Counted from the first letter of the whole stretch, positions 21,527 to 33,166 are shown. The stretch is DNA of 63,982 nt, filler included, from Sanchytrium tribonematis (GCA_018985235.1; 9 parts of 9 records of this genome joined end to end with filler, not necessarily neighbours in it), one strand, 5' to 3'. A program made the numbers and translations. Notes: generated from the sequence alone by a model not told the origin.

Positions 21527-21915
21527 NNNNNNNNNNNNNNNNNNNNNNNNNNNNNNNNNNNNNNNNNNNNTTAATTAATTAANNNNNNNNNNNNNNNNNN
21601 NNNNNNNNNNNNNNNNNNNNNNNNNNAACATCAAAGTGGATATAACACTGTTTTGAGCACAAATTTGCACAAATCCCCTAGATGTTTACAAATCCATCTG
21701 GCTATTTTAGACCAATTTGAATTGTAAAATATTTGATGCTGAGTCACTCTTGAAAACCATGTCATTTTTGAGTAGAAAATAAAGATGCTCAGTCAAAATA
21801 TAAAAACGGGCGTGTATCATCCAATCACATTTGGTTTCAAGTGAATGAACGAAGTTTTTAGAAGTTTCTAGATGAAATTCGATCGTCCATAAATAGCCCA
21901 CTTCCCCATTATAGT

Positions 21916-22764
21916 ATGGCATATTCAAAAGTAGCAATTATTGGAGGTACAGGTAACATTGGTAAACCAATTACTCATGCATTAATTGAAAAAGGATTTC
22001 AAGTATTAGTCATTAGCAGAGATTCAAAGAAAGCTAAAGAACTATTTGGTGAACGAGTGAAATATGCTGAATTACAAGATTATAACAACATTGATGAAAT
22101 CACCAAAGTATTTCAAGGATATGAAGTGGTTTTAAGTGCATTGGGATCTCAATCAGGTGCCATTTTACATCAAAAACAATTGATTGACGCAGCTAAAAAA
22201 GCCAATGTCAAAAGATTTATTCCGTCTGAATGGGCATGGGATAATTCCATCACTTTCATGGTAGCAGAAAAGAATCAAATTCGACACCATTTGGAACAAT
22301 CTGGTTTAGAATGGACCTATTTCCAAACTGGATACTTTTCAGAGTATATTTGGAGTAATTTCTTTGGATGGGATATCAAAAATAACAAATTCCAAGTCGT
22401 TGGGAATGAAGACACCAAAATTAGTCACACAGACATGGCCACAATTGGCAAATATGCAGCCGCATTTCTCAATCATCCATCTAGTAAAAACAAGACAGTC
22501 TATGTCGCAACAGAAACATTGACATATGGACAAGCTGAAGAACAATTGGAACAGATTACTGGTAAATCCATTACTGTGGAATATACAGATCCAGAACCAT
22601 TAAAACAGAAATTTGAAAAAGAGGGTAAATCATTAAGCAACTTTTTTGATCAATTGAAATATGATATTGGAACCAGTCGCACTGTGATTGAACATCCTCA
22701 AAATAAGGAATTTCCAGAGATTAAAGGAAAAACATATGCTGATATTGTCAAGGAATCCAAATAA
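21916..22764 (+). CDS. NmrA/isoflavone-reductase-like NAD(P)-binding oxidoreductase
   Basis: GGTGNIG, LIDAAKKANVKRFIPSEW and WTYFQTGYF. Confidence 0.92.
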   Translation: MAYSKVAIIGGTGNIGKPITHALIEKGFQVLVISRDSKKAKELFGERVKYAELQDYNNIDEITKVFQGYEVVLSALGSQSGAILHQKQLIDAAKKANVKRFIPSEWAWDNSITFMVAEKNQIRHHLEQSGLEWTYFQTGYFSEYIWSNFFGWDIKNNKFQVVGNEDTKISHTDMATIGKYAAAFLNHPSSKNKTVYVATETLTYGQAEEQLEQITGKSITVEYTDPEPLKQKFEKEGKSLSNFFDQLKYDIGTSRTVIEHPQNKEFPEIKGKTYADIVKESK

Positions 22765-22819
22765 ATGGGAATTATGAATTAAAAAATGCTGGCATGTCCA
22801 TTATTTTAGATTGATTTAC

Positions 22820-23446
22820 TTATCTCATTTTCAAATTGGGAAAGTACTTATCTTGTTTCAGATCAACTTTATGTGATTTCACTGAATCCTGAGCATGAAC
22901 CTCTGTGCCTAAAAGAGTAATTCTAAAGATATCACGATCATTCGATTTGGCGTCAGTGTATACGATGCTAGTAAATTCTCGCTTCTTATCAAAAACAGGA
23001 TCATCTTTTGTCCCAACACCGAGTTCCATACACCATACTTGATTATTCCAATTCAAAGCACACATGTAATGATGTGAATACGAAATTCTAATGTCCAAGA
23101 TATCTCTCCCATTCATTCCAACATCGAGTTTATACGTATCAGATGTAAAACTGCCAATAATGTCACAAATTAATGTACCATCTTTTCCTCCTGCGACCAT
23201 ACAAAATTCTTTCCCGTAAAAATCTATTGAATAGGGAATTGTTGACCAGCCAGAGTCTCCAGTGATTTTCTTTTTCTGCAAACTTTTAGAATTACTACCA
23301 CATTTCAACTCATTTCCATCCACTTGGCAAACGTTATATCCATGTCGTACTATATATGGACCCTTACGATTTCCTTCTGAATCTGGGGTGTTGTATAAAA
23401 CTGTTTTGGATGTAAAAGCGAATGTAATGGTCCATGCGAAAAACAT
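22820..23446 (-). CDS. Secreted protein, family A copy 1
   Basis: Short signal peptide; motif PYSIDF..DIRIS..MCALN..QVWCM.LG.G shared with two neighbours. Confidence 0.65.
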   Translation of the reverse strand: MFFAWTITFAFTSKTVLYNTPDSEGNRKGPYIVRHGYNVCQVDGNELKCGSNSKSLQKKKITGDSGWSTIPYSIDFYGKEFCMVAGGKDGTLICDIIGSFTSDTYKLDVGMNGRDILDIRISYSHHYMCALNWNNQVWCMELGVGTKDDPVFDKKREFTSIVYTDAKSNDRDIFRITLLGTEVHAQDSVKSHKVDLKQDKYFPNLKMR

Positions 23447-23614
23447 TTGTAATGAATGAGAATTCCCTTCTTCTTTATGTTGCCATTCAACCAATTACAA
23501 AATAGCAAGCATTTGAAATGAATTGCAAGTATTTAGCAATGGAATATTTGCCAATCATTTAAAATGGGCAAGAAATGAGCAAACCACTTTTTATTGGAAT
23601 TCATTTAATTCAAT

Positions 23615-24373
23615 TTATTCTGCTTTTCCATCCCCGGCTGTTTTTTCATCAAAAGTAGTCCCAATTTCAACGCATTGTGATTTGCCATCTTTGTTGGTTC
23701 CACAAATTTGGGTATCTTTAAATTCAATCTGATCAATATTCTTGAAATTGTTCATTCGAGTCCATTCTCTACTTGGATTGAAAATAGGATCTTGATCAGT
23801 TCCACTTCCAAATGCCATACACCATACTTGTGAATGCTTATTTCGAATGCACATGTAGGGATAAGATGGATTGAATCTAACATCAGTAATGTCACTACCC
23901 GTCATTCCATGTAATAAAAATGAATTTGAATTTAAATCCACATTATCACCACATTTGATATATCCCTTATTCTCAGTGACAATGCAAATTTTATCATTTG
24001 TGAAATCAAGGGAATATGGATTGATATTGTCTCTATTGACAATTTCACCATTTTCTTCTTTTTTTAATTGTTTTGCTGCTTTGAGATCTGGTGTGCATGA
24101 GACTACTTGTTTGAGGACTTGACAAGTTGTTGATCCATGCTGCACGATATATGCTTCATTGTCTTTTGATGGAAGAGTGTACTGATTCACTTGGGAAACG
24201 GGGGCGACAGGGGGAATTGCAGCAGGTACTGCTGGTTGGACAACTGGCTGTGCTGGTACTACTGGTACTACTGGTTGGACAGCTGGTACTACTGGTACTA
24301 CTGCTGGTGCAGGTACAACTGGCTGTGCCGGTACTACTGGAGGAATGGCTGTAATGGTCAATGCAAACATCAT
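23615..24373 (-). CDS. Secreted protein, family A copy 2 (P/V/A/Q-rich repeat linker)
   Basis: PVVPAQ repeats then PYSLDF..DVRFN..MCIRN..QVWCM. Confidence 0.65.
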   Translation of the reverse strand: MMFALTITAIPPVVPAQPVVPAPAVVPVVPAVQPVVPVVPAQPVVQPAVPAAIPPVAPVSQVNQYTLPSKDNEAYIVQHGSTTCQVLKQVVSCTPDLKAAKQLKKEENGEIVNRDNINPYSLDFTNDKICIVTENKGYIKCGDNVDLNSNSFLLHGMTGSDITDVRFNPSYPYMCIRNKHSQVWCMAFGSGTDQDPIFNPSREWTRMNNFKNIDQIEFKDTQICGTNKDGKSQCVEIGTTFDEKTAGDGKAE

Positions 24374-24535
24374 CTTGTATTGAATCATGTCAGTCCCCCT
24401 TTTATGTGCTTCCCAAGTACATCTCATTGGTCCAATAGGAATACCAGACTCATTCAGACACTGTCATGAATTCTCAGATCTTTTGCAATTTCATGCACCA
24501 ATCAAAAATATTTGCGCTAAATAGTTGATTTATTA

Positions 24536-25801
24536 TTAAGAATTCAATTTAAATTGAACATGACTTGTTTCTATCCAATCTCGATACACCTGCACATGTA
24601 CTTGTTTATCACAAATAATCACATTTCCATTTTTATATTTAGGACCCCTAATTCGCGTATTTAATGAGTAAATCTCTAATGGATACAAGGCATGACCCTT
24701 GTAAATAATAATAATGCGTGTCATGAGTGTATGTTGTGCCATTTGTAAATACATTTCAATTAATTGAATTGGCAAATATAAATCAGAATCTTCTACAATA
24801 ATCATGATTTGTTTGAGATATGGGAAATATTTGAGTTGATCAGGGAGTATTTGAGGGTTGCCAATGGGTAATTCATCACTAAATGTGCTAATAAAAGATG
24901 TTTTGGGAATATTAAATTGTTTCATGAAATTAAGATTGGTGTAATGCATAGAATAGCCAATTAAGAGTGTTTCTAAGCAATGTACACTTAATCTGATTAA
25001 TAAATCATCATTAAATACCATATTGGTACCAATTGCTTGAAAAGAAATCAATTTAGGGGGTATTTCTTGATTGAAGATTTGATTGGTAATTTTGATGTTA
25101 AATCCAATATTCAATTGCCATAAATGGGGTAGATGTAGTATAAATGACACACCATAATCAGATACTTGTGTTTTCGCAATACTCAATTTAGAAAGAGATC
25201 TACAATGATTTAATAAATCAAGTAAAAAATCATCATTGACATCTTCATTATGGTCTAAAATCAATTCATAAAGTGCATTCAAGTGATTTCCACGGATATA
25301 TGATTTAAAATGATCATTAATGGCAATACTAGTTAATTCTAATCGTTTTAAAGATGGGAATAATGCGAGACATTCAATGAATTTATGAGATGATAAACTG
25401 GTTTGTGATAGATTTAATGAGGATATATTGTGATATTGTAGAGATTGTTTGTATTTATCAGTCATAATATGATCATTTGTTAAAAACCATGCATTTGGTA
25501 AATTCAAAATAGTCAAATTAGGACAATTAGCGAGTAGATTCATGAACCAATTTAATGGTATGAATACCGTGCTTGTATCTAATACATCTATAATATCCAA
25601 TTGATAACAATATAGATGGATAGTAGATTGAGAATGAATAAAATTGAGAAATGATAAATTATTGAAATTTAAATGGGAATATAGAATGAAATAGATTCTA
25701 TTTTTGAATTCTTTGTTGATTAACATCCAGTTAATGTATTCAGATGGGTGGATATATTGGAATATAAGATCTAATAAATGAATTTGATAATTTGGAAGCA
25801 T
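24536..25801 (-). CDS. F-box/LRR (RNI-like) protein
   Basis: N-terminal LLDLIFQYI..WMLINKEF F-box pattern and LxxLxL repeats (CPNLTILNL, CRSLSKLSI). Confidence 0.75.
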   Translation of the reverse strand: MLPNYQIHLLDLIFQYIHPSEYINWMLINKEFKNRIYFILYSHLNFNNLSFLNFIHSQSTIHLYCYQLDIIDVLDTSTVFIPLNWFMNLLANCPNLTILNLPNAWFLTNDHIMTDKYKQSLQYHNISSLNLSQTSLSSHKFIECLALFPSLKRLELTSIAINDHFKSYIRGNHLNALYELILDHNEDVNDDFLLDLLNHCRSLSKLSIAKTQVSDYGVSFILHLPHLWQLNIGFNIKITNQIFNQEIPPKLISFQAIGTNMVFNDDLLIRLSVHCLETLLIGYSMHYTNLNFMKQFNIPKTSFISTFSDELPIGNPQILPDQLKYFPYLKQIMIIVEDSDLYLPIQLIEMYLQMAQHTLMTRIIIIYKGHALYPLEIYSLNTRIRGPKYKNGNVIICDKQVHVQVYRDWIETSHVQFKLNS

Positions 25802-25821
25802 GTTTGAAAAATGTTTTAAAT

Positions 25822-26806
25822 TTATTTTCTGGCTACTGGTGTGAAAATGGTGTCAATTGGGACTATTTGTGAGCCACCATCCTCATTAGTGGCAACTACA
25901 TTTGTTTTATCTAATGTAATCTGATTAATATCACCAATATTGTCAAAAGTCATATTAATCCATTTTGAGTCTGTTGAAAACACGGATGCACTTACTCCGT
26001 CTCCAAGTGGCATACACCATACTTCACCATGTGAATTGAGTATGCACATGTGATGATGTGTTTGTGAAATTCTAATATCATGTGCACTACTGCCAGTCAT
26101 TCCTAACAATGTAAATGCGCCAGAATTGAGACTGTCAAGTGAATTACAAACAATAATTCCATCACGAATACCAACAGCACAAAAATCAGTACCATAAAAA
26201 TCTAAAGAGTATGGGTGAAAATTTGATAATAATTCTGTTTCCGAGGACCCTTTTTCTTTCGGTTTTTTCAATTGTTTTGGGTTTAATTGTATTTTTACTG
26301 AAAATTCCCAAAAATTCCCGATTTTTAATTCTTATTCGTTGCATATGTATTTTATTTTATTAGGGTTTTAATTTTAATAAGTTGAAGCTAAAAGACACCC
26401 TAATTTCTGATTTAAAATTTTCACAAGCTCAAAAGTCTTGAATTTTATTTAATAAAATATTTAAAACAGTGGTTTTATTGTCACTCTTATTCACAACGGA
26501 TAGCATTTAGGGCATTCTGACGATGATACGGCTAAAAATAATTAATAAAAGCTCAATATTAACATTTAAAAGTCGTCAAAAAATTCGACTTAAAAATGTC
26601 TCAGTTAGCGACTTAAGTCAAGTCAAGTCAGACTCGACTTAAGGCAGATTATTTATTTTTCGACTTGACTCGACTTGACTTAGTCTAAACCGTCATCTAT
26701 AGCCGTGGGTGACAACATATCTATCATCTCCCGAGGTGGGTGGTTGATAAATAGTTGTGGAAGCTACTGCTTGAGGGATAGCTGCAATTTGTAAAGCAAA
26801 GATCAT
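25822..26806 (-). pseudogene. Secreted family A copy 3, disrupted by an insertion
   Basis: 5' part MIFALQIAA...YVVTHGY (26806-26700) and 3' part KQLKK...PYSLDF...EVWCM are separated by a ~420-bp foreign segment. Confidence 0.75.
26278..26699. mobile_element. Non-coding DNA-transposon end/remnant with clustered subterminal repeats
   Basis: Many GACTT/AAGTC/GACTCGAC motifs at 26585-26685 and AAAATTCCC x2 near 26300. It interrupts a coding frame; no matching second TIR or TSD was found. Confidence 0.5.
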
Positions 26807-27082
26807 TTGGTAAGAAGAGGGGATTGTCTGGTTAAATAGATAAAAAGTAAATGAATCAGAATTTTCAAACACTGTTGGCAAATCACAGAATAACAAAGTA
26901 AATCTGTTTACCAATCACAGCATGGGTAGTATATCAATGCGCAAATCGCTTGTCGGCGTGACTTGATGTGACTTGCAGTTACGTGCAAGACCATTCTCCT
27001 GAATGACTCACGAGAATTCTGAGATTAAAAGAATTCTTGATTTATTTAGGACAGTCTTTACTTCAACGGAAGCATCACATTT

Positions 27083-27834
27083 TCATTCAATCGGAGTTAA
27101 TAAATTGCAATATAGACCAGGTTCACAATAGATTGGACTATATAAATCGGGATATCTGCAATCGACGCTTAATCCACACTGTTTTGGAATCGCAGATTTC
27201 AATCCAAAACTGCAATCTGATTTGATTGCAGCTTTTTCACTAGAAGTGAGAACCTTTTTGGGAGGTTTATTCTGGTCACACTTTTCATTTAAACTATATT
27301 TTGCTTCACAAGTCTCAACTAGGTAACCACCCTCTGCACAATATCCCTTGACTTTTCCCACAGACTTTCGATATTTATCTAAAATGCAATTCGGAACATC
27401 CTTGTCTTGACAATTAATGGATTTTCCATCCGATATACCACATTGCTGAGTTCTACAATAGCCATCGACATTTAACCATGATTCATTCTTTGAATATCAG
27501 ATGGCTTACTTACTGGCTGCTTCTATTTGGGTGGTTTGTCTAAATTTCCGTCTGGAACACAAATTCCATGTTTTCCAAACATTTGGCAAAAATATCCTGA
27601 TTCGCAATTTTTTTTACCCGAATGGTCACATAAAAATTTCTTACAAGTTCCTTTTGCAATAAACTCACGAATGCAATCTGGTTCTTTTAAAGAGGAAGAG
27701 GCAGTTACACATTTATAGTTGGAGTTACACGCAAAACCAGTGTCGCAGCGAGATGTGGGTTTATCATCAATAAATCTACATTGAATTGGGTTTGAATCGC
27801 TTGCCAAAATGGATAAAAGTAAAATGAAAATCAT
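27083..27834 (-). pseudogene. Cys-rich secreted protein, family B copy 1 (internal stop at 27523-27525 and deletion/frameshift)
   Basis: FGKHGICVPDGN and KGYCA..CGL.V.C..CEPGLYCN align with the neighbouring copy; the intervening part is shorter and out of frame. Confidence 0.6.
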
Positions 27835-27997
27835 TTTACCAGGTGGATGGTATTTGATTATTCTATAATGCGTTTTTACAAATGAAAAATGAAACATGAT
27901 AAATGGAAATATCAATTATTGACCAATTCTTTTGATGTCTTAATGGGTTTTATTACATTTTATACATTCGTATTGGTAAAAGAATTGAATAAATGAT

Positions 27998-28652
27998 TTA
28001 TTCTGGACATTGTTCGCCATATTGACTCGCACACTTTTTCAACAAATGAGGATCATTATTAGACTTTGCTTCACACAAACCACTAATTGTAGAGTACATG
28101 TTGCAATATAATCCCGGTTTACATTTCACTGGTGTCCCCACAGTAGTGTTGTCACATGAAACATGTAATCCGCATTCTGCTTGTAATGAGTTGAACATAT
28201 TCTTCGTACAAAGTTCAAAGCCCAACTCAATTCCAATATATTTGGACACTTTGTAGTTGCATTTTCCTGAATAGCTGTATTTTTCATCGCAACTGTAATT
28301 TTCTTTAACACCAGCAGCACAATATCCTTTTTCATTTCCTAAAGATTTTTGGTAGTTACTTAGAAAACAATTTGGGGTGTATTCATCTTGGCATTGAAGC
28401 GCGACTCCATTGATCATGCCACATTCCACATCAACGCATTCTCCGCTTTTGGATTCCCAGTTTGGACCTGAAGAGCCATCTTTTTCGCAAAACTGACTCG
28501 GCAAATTGCAAGAAACAGAATCTACAAGGTCGTAACAATATTCTCCATCTTTACTTACTTGATTAAGAGGGAGGTAAACCAGTTTTGAGGATTTGTCTGT
28601 GGCTGGTTTGTCTGAATTCCCGTCTGGAATACAAAATCCATGTTTTCCGAAA
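27998..28652 (-). CDS. Cys-rich secreted protein, family B copy 2 (5' incomplete)
   Basis: Open frame from FGKHGFCIPDGN through KGYCAAG..CGLHVSC..CKPGLYCN. Confidence 0.6.
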
Positions 28653-28803
28653 AAACTACTTCAACTGAAATGAACCTTGGGGAAGATCAAACAAACATCG
28701 ACTNNNNNNNNNNNNNNNNNNNNNNNNNNNNNNNNNNNNNNNNNNNNTTAATTAATTAANNNNNNNNNNNNNNNNNNNNNNNNNNNNNNNNNNNNNNNNN
28801 NNN

Positions 28804-29165
28804 TATGCAGATAACATGGCAGTACATGCAGCACCACCAATTGCAAATAATAGCCTATAAAATACTAAGATTCCAAATGAAGTGGCAATCGTGTATAAAA
28901 ATAATCCCAATGCCATGAATAGAAATCCGATGGAATAAACTAATTTAATGCTAGTCAAATCTGCTAATATACCCCATATAAATACAAATAAAATACTCAC
29001 TAATTCATCATAAAATGTCAATTGACCAATTAAATCACCTACAAGATCTGATTGATTTAATTGAAGATTAAAGACATAGGATTGGGTACTACTGAGGAAC
29101 ACGAATAAGCAGATCATCGTAAATACACAAAATGAGAAATATATGAGGGGAAATGATATTTTCAT
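28804..29165 (-). CDS. MFS transporter, 5' fragment
   Basis: WGILAD motif-A-like, YRLLFAIGG and multiple TM segments; cut by linker. Confidence 0.75.
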
Positions 29166-29407
29166 GATTCACGGAGAAGTAAACAGATGGGCAGAGTCGT
29201 CAGCGTCATCAGACATGTGTCTGTAAATATTATATCCCATTCATATCCCAAGATATAAGTTAATTTTGAGAATGAAATAGCTCCCTCTTCTTCTTCTAAA
29301 GCTCCTAACGACAACAAAAGACCTTAACTATTAAGATTCTTGTGAAAGCTTACTCGAGTTGAAAGAGAGAAAATATCCTTCTTCTATCACGTCTTCACGT
29401 ATCCATC

Positions 29408-31069
29408 ATGAAACAGAATTCTGCTCAAGTGGACTCCAAGCGAGGCATAATTGAATCAAATCTTTTAAGCTTTTCATCGTCTGGCAGATTGGATACCAGA
29501 AATCCACACGTAAATGTCCAAAAGCATGATACTCCAATGCATTGCGAACCTCGTATTTTTAAAGTTTACAAATCGAATGACCTCGAACTAGGAGCAATGA
29601 AAGATCATGGAAGCTTTGGCTTCATTTATAAAGCAAAATTAAAGGATAGATATGTTGCAGTAAAAAAATTGGAACATCGCTTCGAAGATACTGGATCTCT
29701 GGATAATCTGGATGGGATTGTTATTAATGAGATAAACACCTTAAAAACTCTTAGACGTTGCCCATACATTGTTAAATATATTGGATGTACAAGTATTGAG
29801 AAATACTTTGGCATTATTACTGAATTAGTGGATGGACATTCCTTAGATTATTGGATTCATCGAGAAGGCCAAAATTGTGAGTACCTTGATTCGGTGCTTA
29901 AAATTCAGAATAGAGTTGCTTTAGGTCTTCGATTTATGCACCAAAAAAATATTTATCATAATGATTTAAAGCCAGCAAATATTATGCTGAATGGGAATTT
30001 TAGTCCAAAAATTGTAGATTTGGGATTGGCTCATATTTGTAATAAAGACAAAGTCAATAGCGCATTTCTAGTGGGCACTCCAGCGTATAGAGCCCCTGAG
30101 TATTGGATTGAAGGCTGTAAATTTTCTTCTTTGGGAGATATTTATTCATTTGGATTAATTGTAGGAGAAATGATGACATCCATAAAACCATGGAAAAAGG
30201 TTTGTTCTGATGCAATTGGCAAGAAAATGAGCAAATCAGAACATTCAATCAATCATGTCTTTTCGATTCCAGATTCAGATTTAAAAGGTTTACAGTTTTT
30301 TGTTGACTTGATTACAGAATGCCTTGAAATTAAATTAAAAAGAATTTCAATTGATGATTTGATTGAATTGTATAGCCAAAAAAGCGTGGATCTTACCGTG
30401 CAGGGATATTTGCACGAACTAAAAAACGAGAAAGACAAGGCCCTTTGTTTCTATGAACAAGCGATTCGACTAGATAATACAAATGCCATGATAAATAGCG
30501 GATTGATATGGAATTCTTGTGGTGATTTGGCTAAAACCAAGCAATACTTCGAAATGGCTGCAGAATTTGGAGACACAGATGGTATCAACTGGTTGGCAAC
30601 ATTGTATTTGATAGGAAGAGGTGTTAAATCTGACTATAATATGTCATTAAATCTGTTTAAAAAGACAATTAGAGTTGATCCGGATAACTTTTACGCTCAA
30701 TGTAACCTCGGTTTTATGTATCAATTGGGGTTGGGTGTGAAAGCAAACAATGATAAAGCGAAAAAATATTTCAAACAACTAATCAAATCATTCGAATATG
30801 ACTCAAATTTCGCCATAATACAGTCAAAAGGGATTTTCAATCTTCAAAAACGCGAGAACTGCTTCAAACAAAGATACAGACACTCTAAAGAATTCCACAA
30901 ATATCTAGACCCACCTACTAAACCACTAGAATATAAGTTATTTGGGTTGATGTACTTTTTTGGAATGGGAGTCAAAAAGGATCAATATAAAGCACTGAGT
31001 TGTTTTTTGCTAGGGGACTGGTTAGATCAATTCGAAAATTTATTAAAAATGACTCAAGAAAGTAGCTGA
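29408..31069 (+). CDS. TKL-like protein kinase with C-terminal Sel1-like repeats
   Basis: GSFG, VAVK, HNDLKPAN, DLG, YRAPE; repeats such as AQCNLGFMYQLGLGV. Confidence 0.9.
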   Translation: MKQNSAQVDSKRGIIESNLLSFSSSGRLDTRNPHVNVQKHDTPMHCEPRIFKVYKSNDLELGAMKDHGSFGFIYKAKLKDRYVAVKKLEHRFEDTGSLDNLDGIVINEINTLKTLRRCPYIVKYIGCTSIEKYFGIITELVDGHSLDYWIHREGQNCEYLDSVLKIQNRVALGLRFMHQKNIYHNDLKPANIMLNGNFSPKIVDLGLAHICNKDKVNSAFLVGTPAYRAPEYWIEGCKFSSLGDIYSFGLIVGEMMTSIKPWKKVCSDAIGKKMSKSEHSINHVFSIPDSDLKGLQFFVDLITECLEIKLKRISIDDLIELYSQKSVDLTVQGYLHELKNEKDKALCFYEQAIRLDNTNAMINSGLIWNSCGDLAKTKQYFEMAAEFGDTDGINWLATLYLIGRGVKSDYNMSLNLFKKTIRVDPDNFYAQCNLGFMYQLGLGVKANNDKAKKYFKQLIKSFEYDSNFAIIQSKGIFNLQKRENCFKQRYRHSKEFHKYLDPPTKPLEYKLFGLMYFFGMGVKKDQYKALSCFLLGDWLDQFENLLKMTQESS

Positions 31070-32379
31070 ATCCCCTTCAGTCCAATGAGTACTTTAGATA
31101 TAGTCATTCTATCACGTGTATCTCTCAATAAACACAATTTAACCAACTTGGTCACATGATTGGCGTCTACACTTTTGAATGGCCAAATAGGCGCTGTTGA
31201 AGTTGTCAAAATGCTTTTTATCTCATTTTCATTTTTAAGATTCCAAGGTTGCTCTCGAGTGAAAATTTCTCCGAGTAACACCCCGAAACTGTAAACATCC
31301 GCTGCGAATCCAGTTCTTCTCTCAATGTTAGCACTGTCTGGGATTTCCCAGTACTCAGGGGGTCTATAAGGTAAAGACCCCATATGTGATTTTGCATCGG
31401 TGAGCTCCTTTGAGCCTGAATCAACAATCACATTTCCTAAACCAATAATTTTAGCATTCCATTTGCTATCAAACATAATCTTTGCGCTTCTAATGTCACA
31501 ATGAGCCATTTTTAGACCATGCATGTGTTTTAATCCTTCAGCAATCGTGATGGCAGTATTCAATTTGAATCCAAATGATAACGGCTTTGGAGTTTCTTTC
31601 TCCGTTGGCTCGCATGCATTATGCAACCAATAGAAGAGAGTTCTATTGTCATGATATTCGGTTATAATGGCTAGGTGATAATTAATTGAAGCAGAGCCAA
31701 AACATCTAGAAATACAAGGAGAATCTTGTAAAGTCATTAGACTTTTGACTTCCTTGAGAATTTGAACATATTTCGCTTTTAGTTCTATGTCCTGTTCTGG
31801 GGTTGGTACTTGAAATATCACATTTTTTAAAATTTTGACAGCTACTTTAGAATTTTGATATAAACCCATGTAAATTGTACTACGAGATCCTTTACCAGTA
31901 AATAAATCGTATTCTTCATTGTTTAAAATCTCAATGGATTCCATACAAGAAATCATGCAATCTTCCGAAGTATTTTTTACCATCATTTGTTTCTTGGAAT
32001 TTAGATCCTTTGCAAAATAGTACAGATGCAATGGATTGGTTAAATTCTCTAATCTTGTGTTGTACAACTGGAATTTCGCCTCAAATTTTTTTGGCTGGCC
32101 AACGATTTTGAGTGCATTAAAAGCACCTTTGAAGGTTTTAAGGTTTGGGATACCGACAAATTTAGACACACATTCCATTACCTCTTGTAGCAAATTATTT
32201 AGGTCTTCAAGAATAAATTCTGATGATTGATCCACCTCCAACAATTTAACGGTAATTGCAATAAGTTTTGTCTTATGATATAATCTTATCCCTTCAGTAT
32301 TGTTATCTGATATCTTGTATATATGATGAAATACTTGATTCACTAGGTCTAACGCAATTTTGATTTCAGTCAAAACCAT
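31054..32379 (-). CDS. N-terminal helical-bundle (MLKL/HeLo-like) domain + pseudokinase
   Basis: ~120-aa helical N-terminus (IALDLVNQVF..N..G.RL..LEDLNNLLQEVMECVSKF). The kinase has VAVK but HCDIRSAK (no Asn) and GLG in place of DFG. Confidence 0.7.
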   Translation of the reverse strand: MVLTEIKIALDLVNQVFHHIYKISDNNTEGIRLYHKTKLIAITVKLLEVDQSSEFILEDLNNLLQEVMECVSKFVGIPNLKTFKGAFNALKIVGQPKKFEAKFQLYNTRLENLTNPLHLYYFAKDLNSKKQMMVKNTSEDCMISCMESIEILNNEEYDLFTGKGSRSTIYMGLYQNSKVAVKILKNVIFQVPTPEQDIELKAKYVQILKEVKSLMTLQDSPCISRCFGSASINYHLAIITEYHDNRTLFYWLHNACEPTEKETPKPLSFGFKLNTAITIAEGLKHMHGLKMAHCDIRSAKIMFDSKWNAKIIGLGNVIVDSGSKELTDAKSHMGSLPYRPPEYWEIPDSANIERRTGFAADVYSFGVLLGEIFTREQPWNLKNENEIKSILTTSTAPIWPFKSVDANHVTKLVKLCLLRDTRDRMTISKVLIGLKGIQLLS

Positions 32380-32460
32380 GTTTCAAAAAAAAAGAACCTA
32401 ATTTAGTATTTTTCCCAATATAAGCTACAGTATTTTTCTGTATTATTTATTAGTATTAGT

Positions 32461-32862
32461 CTATTTGGTTCGTTTGAATGTAGATCGGGATAAAAAGTGA
32501 ATCAAGGCATCTCCATTTTGAGTGGCTAAATCAGTTAATACGTGGCAAGTCCCTTTCATTCTATTTGGGACAGGTGCGCGTGTGCATCTTTGATACATCA
32601 TATTAAGCGGATGAACATGTTTGTATTCTGCTAATTGATTAATGGCTTGAATGGAAATAATGGATTTGGATGATAAATCAATGGATTTCTCTAAATAATC
32701 ACTGCAAAATGACTTGTAAATGTGCTTGGTGCCATCTAATAAATGCAATAGATTCTCGATGCACATGATTTCTAATGAATCATAATTTGGATTCACTTGA
32801 CACATTTGTGGATTTGCCATGAATTGATGTTTTGAGAATACGATTAATAAAATGGTCAGCAT
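32461..32862 (-). CDS. Small hypothetical secreted protein
   Basis: Signal-like N-terminus, 5 Cys. Confidence 0.45.
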   Translation of the reverse strand: MLTILLIVFSKHQFMANPQMCQVNPNYDSLEIMCIENLLHLLDGTKHIYKSFCSDYLEKSIDLSSKSIISIQAINQLAEYKHVHPLNMMYQRCTRAPVPNRMKGTCHVLTDLATQNGDALIHFLSRSTFKRTK

Positions 32863-33166
32863 GATATCCGATGATCATGTGTGTTTAATTATAGTCAAAA
32901 TATGAATATTGATTGGATCTTGGGTCTATTTTAAGGAATCACAGACAATTGACAACTTGGGTCAAATGTTGATCTTGGATGAATTAATTCATGGTTCAAG
33001 GGATGATCAAATGACTTGTTGTTGACTGTCATACTCTGTATACGCTGTACGATGACATGACAATGAAACAGTTGTACAGATTGCAACACAAATCCAATCA
33101 ATTTCATGTTGATTTTTACAAATTACCCCTTGGAATGTATTTAAACAGCCCACACCTAGTGAAATA

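Noticed and set aside
26585..26690. CRISPR-like or iteron repeat array
   Set aside because: Irregular 5-10 bp motifs in both orientations with no spacers; these fit transposon subterminal repeats in a eukaryote.
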